Both the position numbers and the translations under genes were made by a program. The notes under the pieces are model-generated. The model worked only from the letters and a program-made list of their open reading frames with translations. It did not search any database and had not been told where the DNA came from. A DNA stretch of 64,000 nucleotides from a virus. This document shows, piece by piece, positions 26,636 to 36,720 of the stretch. The DNA lies in the IMG/VR virus record IMGVR_UViG_3300049846_001597, positions 8,313 to 72,312 of that record; one strand, written 5' to 3'. The stretch's first letter is position 1. Each line of letters opens with the position of its first letter.

Positions 26636-27255
26636 TAGTAACGAAACGCTCCGAACTTAGCGGGTTTAAGCTTCACTGTTTTCGCCGCGCGCGGCTGCTT
26701 TAGAAGCGCGCGCTCGGTGCGCGCCTGCTCAATCGTTGTCTCCATCACGCCAGATGGCTCGCGTGTGTGGCTGCGCAAAATCTCTACGCTGTCAGCGACA
26801 CGATCAGGAAACACGACCCTGTGGGTGGCGCGGTTTCGCGACACAAGCGGGTCATCGAGGATATTGACGAAATCGACGCCATCGTACCCCTCGCGGCGGG
26901 CGGCGGATGTTTCTCTCAACATCCAGTCGCGCTGCTTGCCGAGGCTGCCGCGCTGCTTTTCCAGCGCCGGAACATCTACTGCTTTGAACCGGCCACGGAT
27001 GCGCGCCTCGATCACGCGCCCATCGTTTTTATCGCGCGGCGTGTCGCTGTATTTGAGCGCCAAGCGACGGAAGTTGTCGCCTTGCTGACGCGAATTGGTG
27101 AAGAAGACGCCAGCAACAGACCCCGTTCCCATGCGCTTGTCAGCGAGGTTGGGGTCGAAGCTAGTGAACTCCGTATCGCCCGTGCCGTGATACCACGGGC
27201 CGCCATCATCAAGCGCGTCAGCCAGTGCGCGGCGCAGGGGGGCGCTGTCGCTCAT
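26635..27255 (-). CDS. ADP-ribosyltransferase-fold protein (ART-PolyVal-like)
   Basis: WYHGT..F.SFD...GVFFT...GRVIEA...GYDGV...VVF. Confidence 0.7.
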   Translation of the reverse strand: MSDSAPLRRALADALDDGGPWYHGTGDTEFTSFDPNLADKRMGTGSVAGVFFTNSRQQGDNFRRLALKYSDTPRDKNDGRVIEARIRGRFKAVDVPALEKQRGSLGKQRDWMLRETSAARREGYDGVDFVNILDDPLVSRNRATHRVVFPDRVADSVEILRSHTREPSGVMETTIEQARTERALLKQPRAAKTVKLKPAKFGAFRY

Positions 27256-28706
27256 GTCGGGTCTTCGTTGATCCAGACGCCAGAGAAGGCGAAGTTGATG
27301 GGGTCGGTGATGCGGATTTTGAGAATGACGCCATCTGCGGCGCGCGCCATACCCATACGCCAGAGCGTCGGACGCTCATCAAAAGCCCCGCGCTTGCCGA
27401 GCTGCACACGCCGCTCGACCCCGCGTTCGGAGAGACTGTCACGCGAGCCGCCATCAGTGTAGAACGTGAGGGTCGCCACCGGATCGTAGCCGCGCTGGCT
27501 CTCCGCCAGAGGCACATCCGTGCATTTCAAGTCGAGCGTGACGGAGTTAATGATGGTGCGCGCAGCCACCGGCACATGCAACGTCACAATGCGCTCGTGC
27601 GGGTCGCCATCGTCGCTATAGACGTTTTCTTCCCAGCTCCACACCACGTCGCTCTCATCGGAGGCGACAACGTGTTTTCCAGCGGCGTGGAAGAACGTGT
27701 AATAGGTCGGCGCATAGCGCATAGCGACGCCTGGGTCGCTCCAGCTGGTGCGCTCGCTCCACGTTTGCGTCAGCGTGTCGTAAGCATAAGCTTTGCCAAT
27801 CGGGAAGCGCAGCACCCAGGTAAGGTGCGAGCCTTGTGCGTAAGCAAAACACTGCAGCGCCTGCGCTTCGGTGTCGGAGAGGGCGGCCAGCGCCATTTCG
27901 ATCTCGCGGTTCGACACGCGCACAGGGGTGTAGCCATTGAGCATGTAGACGACACGATCATCGGCCACCCACATAGCGGAGCTGTCGAGCTTAGCAATGG
28001 CGTCGCGACCGACGATGCCGCGATCTATGACGATGGTGAGGATGTCGAAGGCGTCGGCGTCGTCGCCGCCCATAGCGCGCCAGACTTGAGTGGAGTTTGC
28101 GCCAAAGTGCCAGAGATCGCCGCCGATCACGATCTGGCTGCGGATTTCATCCGGTAGACGAGCTGATGAGGCAAACCCTGACGGGGGCCAATCAAGCGGG
28201 TTACCGACGCTTGACCAATCGAACTGATCTGATCCTTCGGCGTTGGTGATTGCGCGATCCGCGAGCGACGCAAGTGTGTAAGCATTGAGTGGGAAGTCTT
28301 CGTCGGTGCAAATTGAGAGGTCGGTCCCGTCATATTTGTAGAGGGAGCCGCCCGCGAGCAGCACCAAGTTGGCGCCGACGCTATCAAACAACACCGTGCC
28401 GGTTGCGCCCTGAATGGGGCCAAGCGCGGTCGCCGTCCAGCTGCTGGTGACGCGATAGAGTTGTGAGCCAGCCGCAACGAAGAGGTCGCCGTCGAGTACG
28501 CCAGGACGCGAGAAGACGCCGCGCACGAGGTCGCCCGCAGAGGGCGTCACCCGCTCTTGGCGGCCCATGCACGGCGCGATCAGATATTTGCTGCGCTTGG
28601 CGTTGCCGAGCGGCTGCGGCTCGACAACGCAGTTGCGCAGCACCAAAGGCGTACAACCCTTCGTGCTGCGGTCGTCAGAAGAGGGGGCGACCGGAAAAAA
28701 TGGCAC
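27252..28706 (-). CDS. Tail hub / packaged DNA stabilisation protein (P22 gp10-like)
   Basis: Beta-propeller-like; FASSARLPD, LWHFG..STQVW, GYTPVRVS..IE, YAYDTLTQTW.ER. Confidence 0.8.
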   Translation of the reverse strand: MPFFPVAPSSDDRSTKGCTPLVLRNCVVEPQPLGNAKRSKYLIAPCMGRQERVTPSAGDLVRGVFSRPGVLDGDLFVAAGSQLYRVTSSWTATALGPIQGATGTVLFDSVGANLVLLAGGSLYKYDGTDLSICTDEDFPLNAYTLASLADRAITNAEGSDQFDWSSVGNPLDWPPSGFASSARLPDEIRSQIVIGGDLWHFGANSTQVWRAMGGDDADAFDILTIVIDRGIVGRDAIAKLDSSAMWVADDRVVYMLNGYTPVRVSNREIEMALAALSDTEAQALQCFAYAQGSHLTWVLRFPIGKAYAYDTLTQTWSERTSWSDPGVAMRYAPTYYTFFHAAGKHVVASDESDVVWSWEENVYSDDGDPHERIVTLHVPVAARTIINSVTLDLKCTDVPLAESQRGYDPVATLTFYTDGGSRDSLSERGVERRVQLGKRGAFDERPTLWRMGMARAADGVILKIRITDPINFAFSGVWINEDPT

Positions 28707-28712
28707 GGCTTA

Positions 28713-28811
28713 TTATGCCGGAGCGCTGCATAGTGCGATGATGAGCGCCAGACCGGCGAGCATCAGCCACTTCCACGGAACCAGCTGATGCCACGGATAC
28801 CTAGTACCCAT
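28713..28811 (-). CDS. 32-aa single-TM peptide
   Basis: MGTRYPWHQLVPWKWLMLAGLALIIALCSAPA fills the gap after the ejection genes. Confidence 0.45.
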   Translation of the reverse strand: MGTRYPWHQLVPWKWLMLAGLALIIALCSAPA

Positions 28812-30075
28812 AAGCATCCATCAGCTCACGCTCGTAGTCGTTTTCGCGGCGTGCAAGAATTGGGGTGTCACCGAAGAAAGCAGCGTTGCTGAAGCCTTCG
28901 CCCACGGCTTCGGGACCGGCGCGACCGAGGCGGCCAGTCTCGCGATGCGAGAGGAGGCGAATAAGCTCCTGCGTGAGCTTGGAATTGGCTGGCGCATTAA
29001 GCGCGTCGAGGACACCTTGGTTTTCGGCGACATCAATGCTCGTGAGCGGACGGAAGTTGCCGCGTCCGCGCCGAATGATGTTTGAGGCAGCCGAACCGTA
29101 ATTGTGCATCAGCACGTCGCGCACCAATTCGAGATTGTTGTCGCCGGTTGTGTTGCGCAGCCGCGCCGCCTGCGCCGCGCCTTGTGGCAAGTCGCCGCCA
29201 GCCGCCTGCCATTGCGCGCGATAAGACGGCGGCGCATTGGGCATTTCGAGCGCCTCTATCACGCGCGCGCCCTCAGGGGCGCGATTGATGCGTTGTGCGA
29301 CGCCAGCGATGTCGTCGCCTGCCGCGCCCATTGCGCGGTCCAGTGCATTGACGGTGTGACCGTTCACGCGCGGCGCGCCGGGCGTACGACCAAGCCCTAT
29401 TTTCATGCCGATAGCGTGAGCCGGAATGCGCGCTAGTGCGTTGATGGCGGGGCCGAGCAACGCAGCGCTCCCGCCTGAAAACGCTGCGTTGAGCGGCATA
29501 TTGGCGAGCCTATTATCGAAGCCTCGCTGACCCGGCAGCATGCCGCCTTCGGCGGAGCCGTAGCCATAAAGTGCGCCCATTGGCGCGCCAACCAACCCCG
29601 CCGTCAACGCTTGCCGACGCCAGCCCGCGAACCCACGTTGCGCGCCGCGCGACAGAAAGTTGGCAATTGGGCGACCTAGCCGCCCAGCTTGCGCCGCGCG
29701 CCCTAACGCTGCGCCAGGAAACACAAAGCTTCCCGCTGCGCCAATAAAGGCGCCAGCGTTCGTCCACCCCTCTCGTGTTGCGCGGTAGTGAGCAAGATCA
29801 TTGCGCGCGCGACGGACGCCATCGCGGAAACCGCTTTGGAAGTCGCCGCCAGACGCCATCGAGAGGAGGCCATTAAGTCCGCCCATAGCTTCGTCGCCTA
29901 AACCGAAGCTAAAGGCATCCATCGCGCCAGCGCGAACAGCGTGCGCGCGATCAACCCATTCGGAGCGACGGGGGGTAGGTGGGCCGCCGTCATCAAGCCA
30001 CTGCGTTTGCGCAGGTCCGCGCGCTGGCGGCGCAACCTGCGGTGGCTGCTGTTGATCCAACCATTCCGTTGTCAT
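28801..30075 (-). CDS. Putative ejection (internal virion) protein
   Basis: DAFSFGLGDE motif and Gly/Ala hydrophobic helices; third of three coupled genes. Confidence 0.65.
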   Translation of the reverse strand: MTTEWLDQQQPPQVAPPARGPAQTQWLDDGGPPTPRRSEWVDRAHAVRAGAMDAFSFGLGDEAMGGLNGLLSMASGGDFQSGFRDGVRRARNDLAHYRATREGWTNAGAFIGAAGSFVFPGAALGRAAQAGRLGRPIANFLSRGAQRGFAGWRRQALTAGLVGAPMGALYGYGSAEGGMLPGQRGFDNRLANMPLNAAFSGGSAALLGPAINALARIPAHAIGMKIGLGRTPGAPRVNGHTVNALDRAMGAAGDDIAGVAQRINRAPEGARVIEALEMPNAPPSYRAQWQAAGGDLPQGAAQAARLRNTTGDNNLELVRDVLMHNYGSAASNIIRRGRGNFRPLTSIDVAENQGVLDALNAPANSKLTQELIRLLSHRETGRLGRAGPEAVGEGFSNAAFFGDTPILARRENDYERELMDAYGY

Positions 30076-32165
30076 CGGCTGCGCGCCCCGTTCGCGCGCA
30101 CGACGCCCCGGCGACCGTCGCGGGTGCGGAAATAGATGTCACGCCCGCTGCGATTGGCGCGCGCCTGCATATCGCGTTCTTCGCGGCTGCCTGCCCATGC
30201 ATCGGCATTGACCGGCACCTCAACCGGGTAGCCCTCAACCGCGCCTTGCTCTTGTGCGTCGCCGTGACGAACGAAGGCCCAATGCGGTTCCGATGATTGC
30301 GCATCGAAACGGAAGAAATCGCCGGTTTGCGGAACCTGTACTTCACGACCGTCTTGCGGCGCATCCGCCAAAATCGCCCAATTGGCTTGCGTGTATGGAC
30401 GCAGCGCCGTGCGTTCGACCTCTGACCAGCGGCGACCTTGCGCATCAACGCCGCGCTGAAGCGAGCCCGCTTCGTAGATGAACTGACGACGCGCGGAAGA
30501 TAGCGCGCGCGAACCGAGGAGGGCGGCGCGTGATTTACGCAAGAAATTGATCGCAGACTCCAGCGTCCATTGGCCGGAAACGATGCCGCGCAAAGCCGCC
30601 TGACGTTCGCCTTCTGAGATCGGCTGCAAGCCTTGCAGTGCTTGCAGCAACAGCGGCCACGTATTAGATTGAATGTCTTCCAGTAGCGCTTGGCGGCCCG
30701 TTGAGCCAGCAAGGCGCGCCAAATCTGTGTTCATGTTATCCGGCAGGATAGTGCCGTTTTCGCTATTACGGGCGAGCGACATAAAAGCCGCCTCAAGCGA
30801 GTCAAGGCTGTAAAGCGCCTGTTCACGCTGATCTTCCGCCGCGAAATTTCGTTCGTAAATTTGAATTTCACCCGGCGTCGGCTCCGCGTACCCAGGCGAC
30901 TGACCGGCGCGGGCGCGCTGCCCTTCCCGATTGCGGTAGTTCTCATCGAGGCGCTGCGCGTAGGTCAGCGTCATCTGCTCAAGCGCATCGAGTTCGCTGT
31001 CTTGGATGCCGTCGCGACCAAGGTTTTGCAGCATCGGCATGATGTCATCGGCGAGCAGCGGTTGACCGTTGGTGTCATAAGCATACGGCGTGTTTTGCAG
31101 CCAATGCATCGCCACCGGCAGACGCTGCTGCTCGGGGATGCGACGCAACGCCGTCACCATCTGTTGCGAGAACTGTAAGCGCGCGCCGAAAAGATCGACA
31201 GCGGTGGCGCGCTCATCGTCCATCAGCGCCGAGATGCGCTCTAGGCCATCCAGGTCGCCCATCGACATGGCTTCCTCGCGCAATCCAGCGAGGATGCTCA
31301 TGTTTTGAGTGAGCTGCGGCGGAGCCGCCTGCATGATAGCTTGCTCTAAACCTTGGAAGCCACCATCAGCAGGCGGGCCGGTGGGTGCGGGTGCGGCTGC
31401 GGCGGCAGGCGTCGGCCCGCCTGTAATGGGGCCGGTCGGCGCGACGGCTTGCGCTTCCAGGGGTCGAGCGTTGTCCAGCAGTATGCGCGCAGCATCGTCG
31501 CCGTTATATGTGCTTGGGCCAGCTTCTGGCTCATAAGGGTTTGCATACGGCGTGGGGTCGGGCTGAGCGGCGCCCGGTGACGCCGTGTTCACGCCGGAGC
31601 GCGCCCGCAAAGCCGCCGCAGAGGGCGTGTCAAAGACCATGCCGTCGCCGCGTGCGCCGCCCGGCTGGTAAGCCTCATTGAACTGCATTAGCCCGAGGCG
31701 CTCCGTCCATGACGGCGCAAGCGGCGTCTGCTGAATATCGGTTTGCGGCGGCGGCGCAGTCACGACTTGCGGCTGCGCCGAGGGTTGCGGTTGCTGCGGC
31801 AAGCCGGGGCCACCCGGTTGGCCGGGTGCGATTTGCATCTCGGGGCCAGAGTAGGGCGTGGCCGGGACTTGCGGCAGCTGCGGGGCCTGCGGGGCAGGCG
31901 CCGTCTTCAGCAACGCATTGCGCTCATTATCCGCGCGCCAGTCATAGCGGTTCGGCAGGAACACATTCTGGCGCGCCCAGGCATAATGATCGGGCTCGTT
32001 GACGTCCAAGAAGCTGTTGAGGCTGTCTTCCAGTTGACGCGGGTCGCGCGAAGCGAGCGCGTTGCGCATGCTGCGCATGGCGCGACCCTGGTTGGCGCGT
32101 CGTTGACGCCGCTCGCCGTGGTCGTAACCTTCGCGGAAGGCGCGGCCATAATCATAGACTGCCAT
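30072..32165 (-). CDS. Putative ejection (internal virion) protein
   Basis: Pro/Gln-rich disordered N-half, helical C-half; position. Confidence 0.6.
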   Translation of the reverse strand: MAVYDYGRAFREGYDHGERRQRRANQGRAMRSMRNALASRDPRQLEDSLNSFLDVNEPDHYAWARQNVFLPNRYDWRADNERNALLKTAPAPQAPQLPQVPATPYSGPEMQIAPGQPGGPGLPQQPQPSAQPQVVTAPPPQTDIQQTPLAPSWTERLGLMQFNEAYQPGGARGDGMVFDTPSAAALRARSGVNTASPGAAQPDPTPYANPYEPEAGPSTYNGDDAARILLDNARPLEAQAVAPTGPITGGPTPAAAAAPAPTGPPADGGFQGLEQAIMQAAPPQLTQNMSILAGLREEAMSMGDLDGLERISALMDDERATAVDLFGARLQFSQQMVTALRRIPEQQRLPVAMHWLQNTPYAYDTNGQPLLADDIMPMLQNLGRDGIQDSELDALEQMTLTYAQRLDENYRNREGQRARAGQSPGYAEPTPGEIQIYERNFAAEDQREQALYSLDSLEAAFMSLARNSENGTILPDNMNTDLARLAGSTGRQALLEDIQSNTWPLLLQALQGLQPISEGERQAALRGIVSGQWTLESAINFLRKSRAALLGSRALSSARRQFIYEAGSLQRGVDAQGRRWSEVERTALRPYTQANWAILADAPQDGREVQVPQTGDFFRFDAQSSEPHWAFVRHGDAQEQGAVEGYPVEVPVNADAWAGSREERDMQARANRSGRDIYFRTRDGRRGVVRANGARSR

Positions 32166-32938
32166 TAGATGCGCCCAGGTTTAGGCGTGACGCCCTTGGT
32201 GGACGTGACGGTTTGCGTGGGGCCGCCGCCAAAGAAGTTGCCGACCGCCTTGCGGGTGTTATTCCAATTGAAGCCGCCATTGGCGATCTTGGCGCTGATG
32301 CCGCCCAGCGCATTCGAGATCGCCATGCCGCCAGTGGCGGCGGCGTCCTGCAAGCCTTGGCCGCGTTGCAGCGCAATTTGACTAAGCGCGTTGCCCTGAT
32401 TGGCGAAAGCATTGGCGGCCTGACTACCGACACCCATTGCCGCGTTAGCGATGCCGGTGCGTGCGGCGTCGCCGCGATCCACGTAGCCCTTGAGGCCAGT
32501 CAGGTGCGCTTCACGGCCAGCCATCGCCAACTCGTAACCTTGTTGGCCCGCCGCGCGCAGCGCCTTGCCTGAATTGATTGCGCCGCCTTTGCCAAGTGCG
32601 GCGTTGGTGGAAACCAGCGCGTTGTGCGCTTTGGCCGTGTTGTAGTCGGCTTCGTTCTTGTAGAAGGAGCCGTTGTAAGCCGTATTGTACGCGCCCGCTT
32701 GCGAGGGATCGATGCCGAGCGCGCCACGCACCAAATTGTTGGGCGTGGTGCTATCGTTCACCATCGGCTGCATTTGCGCGGTGGCGCGGTCGTAGCCGAG
32801 ATTGAGTTGTTCGATTTGCTTGTCGGTGGCGTACTTCTGCGCATCCGCCGCCATTGCAGCAGAGTCTTTGACGGCGTTGGCTTGGGTCTTGGCGTTAGCC
32901 GCGCCGAAGATGCCCTGGATTACGTCCCCGATGCACAT
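32165..32938 (-). CDS. Putative DNA-transfer/ejection protein (P22 gp7-like)
   Basis: Ala/Gly/Gln-rich; GAANAKTQANA..QKYA; SGKALRA. Confidence 0.7.
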   Translation of the reverse strand: MCIGDVIQGIFGAANAKTQANAVKDSAAMAADAQKYATDKQIEQLNLGYDRATAQMQPMVNDSTTPNNLVRGALGIDPSQAGAYNTAYNGSFYKNEADYNTAKAHNALVSTNAALGKGGAINSGKALRAAGQQGYELAMAGREAHLTGLKGYVDRGDAARTGIANAAMGVGSQAANAFANQGNALSQIALQRGQGLQDAAATGGMAISNALGGISAKIANGGFNWNNTRKAVGNFFGGGPTQTVTSTKGVTPKPGRI

Positions 32939-33383
32939 AAGAAAACAGTCTAAAGGGGTGGCCGTTTATGCTGGCTTCGCCTAGCCAGCTGAAGCCGCAG
33001 GCCTCAATAAAGCGATGATGCATGACGTTACGCTTGTCGGAGGCATTGAGCAGGCAACCCCATTTGCACCCCCACGCACGCACCCAACGCGGCACATGCT
33101 TGAGGGTGAAGTAGCGGGCGCGGCTGACATCATCCGCGCAGAGCATCCAGGGACTTGCGCCGTAAGCGGTTTGCTTCGCGCCAAGAATGGCCAGCACCCG
33201 GCCCGTGGCCACTTCAACCATTGCGCGCGCGTCGCCGGGTTTGGCGAGGTCATCGGTCAGGCGCGCGTAGATGTCGCTCGCGCCAGCCGCTTCTGCTTCG
33301 CGCGCATCTTCAGGCCGCAGCCGCAAAAGCAGATTGACGACATCTTCTTGGTTGGCGCGCCGGAAGGTGAACTTAGCCGCCAA
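32895..33383 (-). CDS. GNAT-fold virion assembly protein (T7 gp13-like)
   Basis: LRPEDAREA...PWML...LLN..D.RN....RF....GF. Confidence 0.75.
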   Translation of the reverse strand: MAAKFTFRRANQEDVVNLLLRLRPEDAREAEAAGASDIYARLTDDLAKPGDARAMVEVATGRVLAILGAKQTAYGASPWMLCADDVSRARYFTLKHVPRWVRAWGCKWGCLLNASDKRNVMHHRFIEACGFSWLGEASINGHPFRLFSYVHRGRNPGHLRRG

Positions 33384-33882
33384 GCTGCTGGAGCTGCTGC
33401 TGGAGCTGCTGGATCATCATGTCGATTTGCTGGGCGCGCGGATCGTCTTCTGGCAGAGATTGGCGCATCTGCGTCAAACGCTCTAGTTGCTCCATGAGCT
33501 GCATCGGGCGTTGCATGACGGTCTGCTGAGGGCGCTGCTCGCGCAAGGCGCGCTCAATCGCCACGCGCAGAGCGCGTGCGCCGCCGCGTGCGCCGCCTGC
33601 GAGCGTACCACCCGCCACACCTAAGACGCCACCCGTCGCGCCGCCCGCGATGGCGTTGCCCATCGTGTCGGTTTCGGAGCCGCCGTTCATGGCGTTGACA
33701 TCAGAGTAGCCCGCGCCCATCGCTGCGCCTAAGCCGACGCCGCCTGCGGCTAAGCCGCGCCCGTTGCGACCCATGAACTCTTCTGCGCCGCCGCGCACGC
33801 CGCGCGTGGTTTGTTCACCAATATCGCCCATTGCTTCACGCAGGAAGCGCAGGAACGTTGAGGATGGAACTGTATCAGCCAT
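33373..33882 (-). CDS. Glycine-zipper protein with Gln-rich tail
   Basis: GxxxG helices GLAAGGVGLGAAMGAG and GGATGGVLGVAGG. Confidence 0.6.
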   Translation of the reverse strand: MADTVPSSTFLRFLREAMGDIGEQTTRGVRGGAEEFMGRNGRGLAAGGVGLGAAMGAGYSDVNAMNGGSETDTMGNAIAGGATGGVLGVAGGTLAGGARGGARALRVAIERALREQRPQQTVMQRPMQLMEQLERLTQMRQSLPEDDPRAQQIDMMIQQLQQQLQQLGG

Positions 33883-35447
33883 TAGGCACCCATTTCACGC
33901 ATGATAGCGCCACGACGCGCCTCGCGGTCTGCAACCGTTGAAATCGCTGCGCCGACCCCGCCCGTTACGAGATAGGGGAGGACAATCGAGAGGGCGTCAG
34001 GCTTCCGCGCCTTTTTGCCTAACCCCGCCTCGCGCAGCGCCGCGTAGACGGTTTGCTCGATGCTGTTGTCGGTTGAGTCGCGGAAGGATGGGTCGCGGCG
34101 CAATTCAGCAATCAGACGCCGCGCGTCGGTCATGCCGCCAGCAATCAGACGCCGCGCTTGATTTTTGGTTGAGAGCTTGTTTCCGCGCCACGGGCGCTGC
34201 GCAAACAGACGCACGCGATCTGGCGTGACATTCCATAGCTTCGCAAGGATGGCCACCGCAGGTTCGCCCGCCGCAACAGCGCGGTCAGCGTACTTAAGCA
34301 GCCGATCCAACTGGACGCCGATAATATTTGCGCCTTCACCCTCATCGTCTCGCAACGATGCTGAGATGTCGGCGCGCTTCGGGTAGAAGCCGCGCTCGTT
34401 CATTGTCGTGGCTTCGTTGACAATATCGGCTTCGTTATACTGCCCGCGTGTTAGCTTGAAGACTTTTTTGACCCCAATCGCCTCGCCAAGTTGCGCCCGC
34501 TCAGCCCGATCTTGCGCTCGCCCTTGTGCGCGCGCGTAACGCTGTTGCGCGGCCTCCGAGTGAGAGGCGCGCTTGGCTTCGATACGCGCAAGTCTGGCGC
34601 GCGCGGCTTCCAGCGCCGCCGCATCGGACGGCGGTCGGTTGTCAAATGCAGGACTTCTGGGTCGATCTGGGATCGGGATGCCCAAGCGCTTGCGCGCATA
34701 CGTCATCGCACCTTTTAGCGCCTCCATCGTCGGAAGCTCGGTGGCGTTGAGCACCTGCTCCATTGTATAAACAGGCCGCCCATCGGGGTGGCGGGCGCTA
34801 TACATGATGATCGCGCGCGCTTTGTTGGCCTTACCTTTCAGCGAAGGATAGCGGTCGAGTAAGACCTTAAAGTCTTCGGGATTGGAGGGTAGCGGCTCCG
34901 CCTGTCGCCCAAGGCCAGCCGCACGCCGCATGCGGCGCGGATCAAACGCAGCGCCGCCAAACAGCACGGAGCCCGCCGAATCTTCATCGAGGTCTTGGCG
35001 CGCAGAGTAGGGGCCAAGATACTCATCGAACATCTCGTCCGATCCGCGCTGGCCTGACTCAAGCACGTCCGCCATGCGAACGGGCGGCAAACCCTTGAGG
35101 GTGTTGACGTCATCCAGCATGCGGCTGGTGTGCTGCGCGAGCGGGCGCGTGGCGTCAGCGACCCGCCGCTGGACGCGCGACATCGATTGTGCTTCCGGGT
35201 CACGGATGTGCATCGCAGGCGAGCGGATGTCAGCTGGCAACGAAGGGCGCAGCGCATTGCGGGCGAGACGCGACAAAACTTGCCGCGCGCCATAGCCGCC
35301 CATCGCTCCGATCATTGCGCCGCCAAGCGCGCCGCTTGCATCGTTCTCGCCAAGCGCGACGCCACCGGTTGCGCCAGCGAGGCCGCCAAGAAGAGGAAAC
35401 GCCGCCTCATCGATTGCGCGGAGGAGCGCGGAACGCAGCGGGTTCAT
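33882..35447 (-). CDS. Glycine-zipper plus multiple HTH-like segments
   Basis: N-terminal GGLAGATGG/GGAMIGAMGG; YTMEQVLNATELPT..., LAKLWNVTPDRV; C-terminal hydrophobic helix. Confidence 0.6.
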   Translation of the reverse strand: MNPLRSALLRAIDEAAFPLLGGLAGATGGVALGENDASGALGGAMIGAMGGYGARQVLSRLARNALRPSLPADIRSPAMHIRDPEAQSMSRVQRRVADATRPLAQHTSRMLDDVNTLKGLPPVRMADVLESGQRGSDEMFDEYLGPYSARQDLDEDSAGSVLFGGAAFDPRRMRRAAGLGRQAEPLPSNPEDFKVLLDRYPSLKGKANKARAIIMYSARHPDGRPVYTMEQVLNATELPTMEALKGAMTYARKRLGIPIPDRPRSPAFDNRPPSDAAALEAARARLARIEAKRASHSEAAQQRYARAQGRAQDRAERAQLGEAIGVKKVFKLTRGQYNEADIVNEATTMNERGFYPKRADISASLRDDEGEGANIIGVQLDRLLKYADRAVAAGEPAVAILAKLWNVTPDRVRLFAQRPWRGNKLSTKNQARRLIAGGMTDARRLIAELRRDPSFRDSTDNSIEQTVYAALREAGLGKKARKPDALSIVLPYLVTGGVGAAISTVADREARRGAIMREMGA

Positions 35448-36043
35448 TGGCGACCTCCACGATTCCGCATCTGCCGCAGCATCGCTTCCGCGATGAGGCG
35501 GGTTTCCTCTTCACCAAGCCGCTCAGCGCGCGCAATACGACGACGAACATCAGCGTGATGCGGCGCACGCTCCATGCGCTCAAGAGTGCGGGCGGCATTA
35601 AAGCTGTCGCCTTTGCCGATGGCCCACGCCGCCTCCGCGCGCGCCGCCTCTTCGCGTAAGCCGATGCGGCGCAAATGGCGGATGTATTTCTGAAAAGCTT
35701 TGACGCTCTCTTTTGCACCCATGCGCAAAAACGAGCTGCGACCAGCCGCCATCCCGCTTAGCGCGCCCAAGGCGGCGGCCCCGCCCACTGTCGCGCCAGC
35801 AAAATTGCGGAAGCCTTCATGCTCGCCCTCAGTCAAATCATAATCAGACAAAGCGCTAACGCCGCCTGCGATGGCGTAGGGGTAAAGCCCAACGGGCAAT
35901 CCGAGCATGCCTCCAACTTGTGCGCCGCCCGCGAGCGCGCCTTCGGCCCGGTCTAGCGCGCCAGACGCCGTGCGTTGCACGCCGCGCATGGCGGCGCGGG
36001 CGCCGTCTTGCAACGCCAATTGGAGGGCGGCCCGCAGACTCAT
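35444..36043 (-). CDS. Glycine-zipper protein
   Basis: GALAGGAQVGGMLG and GATVGGAAALGALSG. Confidence 0.6.
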   Translation of the reverse strand: MSLRAALQLALQDGARAAMRGVQRTASGALDRAEGALAGGAQVGGMLGLPVGLYPYAIAGGVSALSDYDLTEGEHEGFRNFAGATVGGAAALGALSGMAAGRSSFLRMGAKESVKAFQKYIRHLRRIGLREEAARAEAAWAIGKGDSFNAARTLERMERAPHHADVRRRIARAERLGEEETRLIAEAMLRQMRNRGGRQ

Positions 36044-36717
36044 CGCATCACATTCAAATCGACGTCGCCCCAGCGGTCGAAGCCCATGACTTGCTCGTAG
36101 AGGGTTTGGGCGCGCTCACGGATGCGCTGGCTGTTGGTGTCGATCAGCTGATAATCTTCACACAGACGCGCCGCGAGGCAGATGACAATCGCCTCAGCAA
36201 ACTCCTCAGGGACGTCGATCTCGTCGTTGCCGGAATCGACAGTCTCGATCACCCGCTCGTAGCCAACTTTGAGCGTGTAGGTTCCGCTGCTAAAGGAGGG
36301 GATGGGCCACAGTGTTACTGTTGTTGAGGTGCGCTGCTTGTCGAGCACGTAAGCGACAGGTTGGCCGGTATTGGCTTTGAAGATAAACCGATCCCAATCC
36401 TGACGATCCCATTCGGTGAGCGGCAGCCGCTCCTCGCCATCCTCCAGCCAGCGCACATTGTAGACGAGGCGCGGGCGCGGGTTGAGCGTGTAGGTCTGCG
36501 TCCCAGAGACAAGCGTCACCGTTTGCTCGGCGCGCGTCCACAGATTGGGGCCTTCCGTTGACCACGACTTCAACATCTCGTTGAAGACATCGAGGCCGTT
36601 GCTCAGCTCATCAGCTGACGCCTCAAAACCTTGGCCGAGGACGCCAAGCTTCTGCAACGCGCGCGACACGTAATGGGCGGCGGTTTTTTGATAATCGATG
36701 ACGCCAGAGAGGGCCAC
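36040..36717 (-). CDS. Head-to-tail adaptor (gp4-like)
   Basis: RALQKLGV...GLDVFNEMLKSW...G.P..Y...LWPIP...PEEF.EAI..LA.RL. Confidence 0.8.
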   Translation of the reverse strand: MALSGVIDYQKTAAHYVSRALQKLGVLGQGFEASADELSNGLDVFNEMLKSWSTEGPNLWTRAEQTVTLVSGTQTYTLNPRPRLVYNVRWLEDGEERLPLTEWDRQDWDRFIFKANTGQPVAYVLDKQRTSTTVTLWPIPSFSSGTYTLKVGYERVIETVDSGNDEIDVPEEFAEAIVICLAARLCEDYQLIDTNSQRIRERAQTLYEQVMGFDRWGDVDLNVMR

Positions 36718-36720
36718 GGC

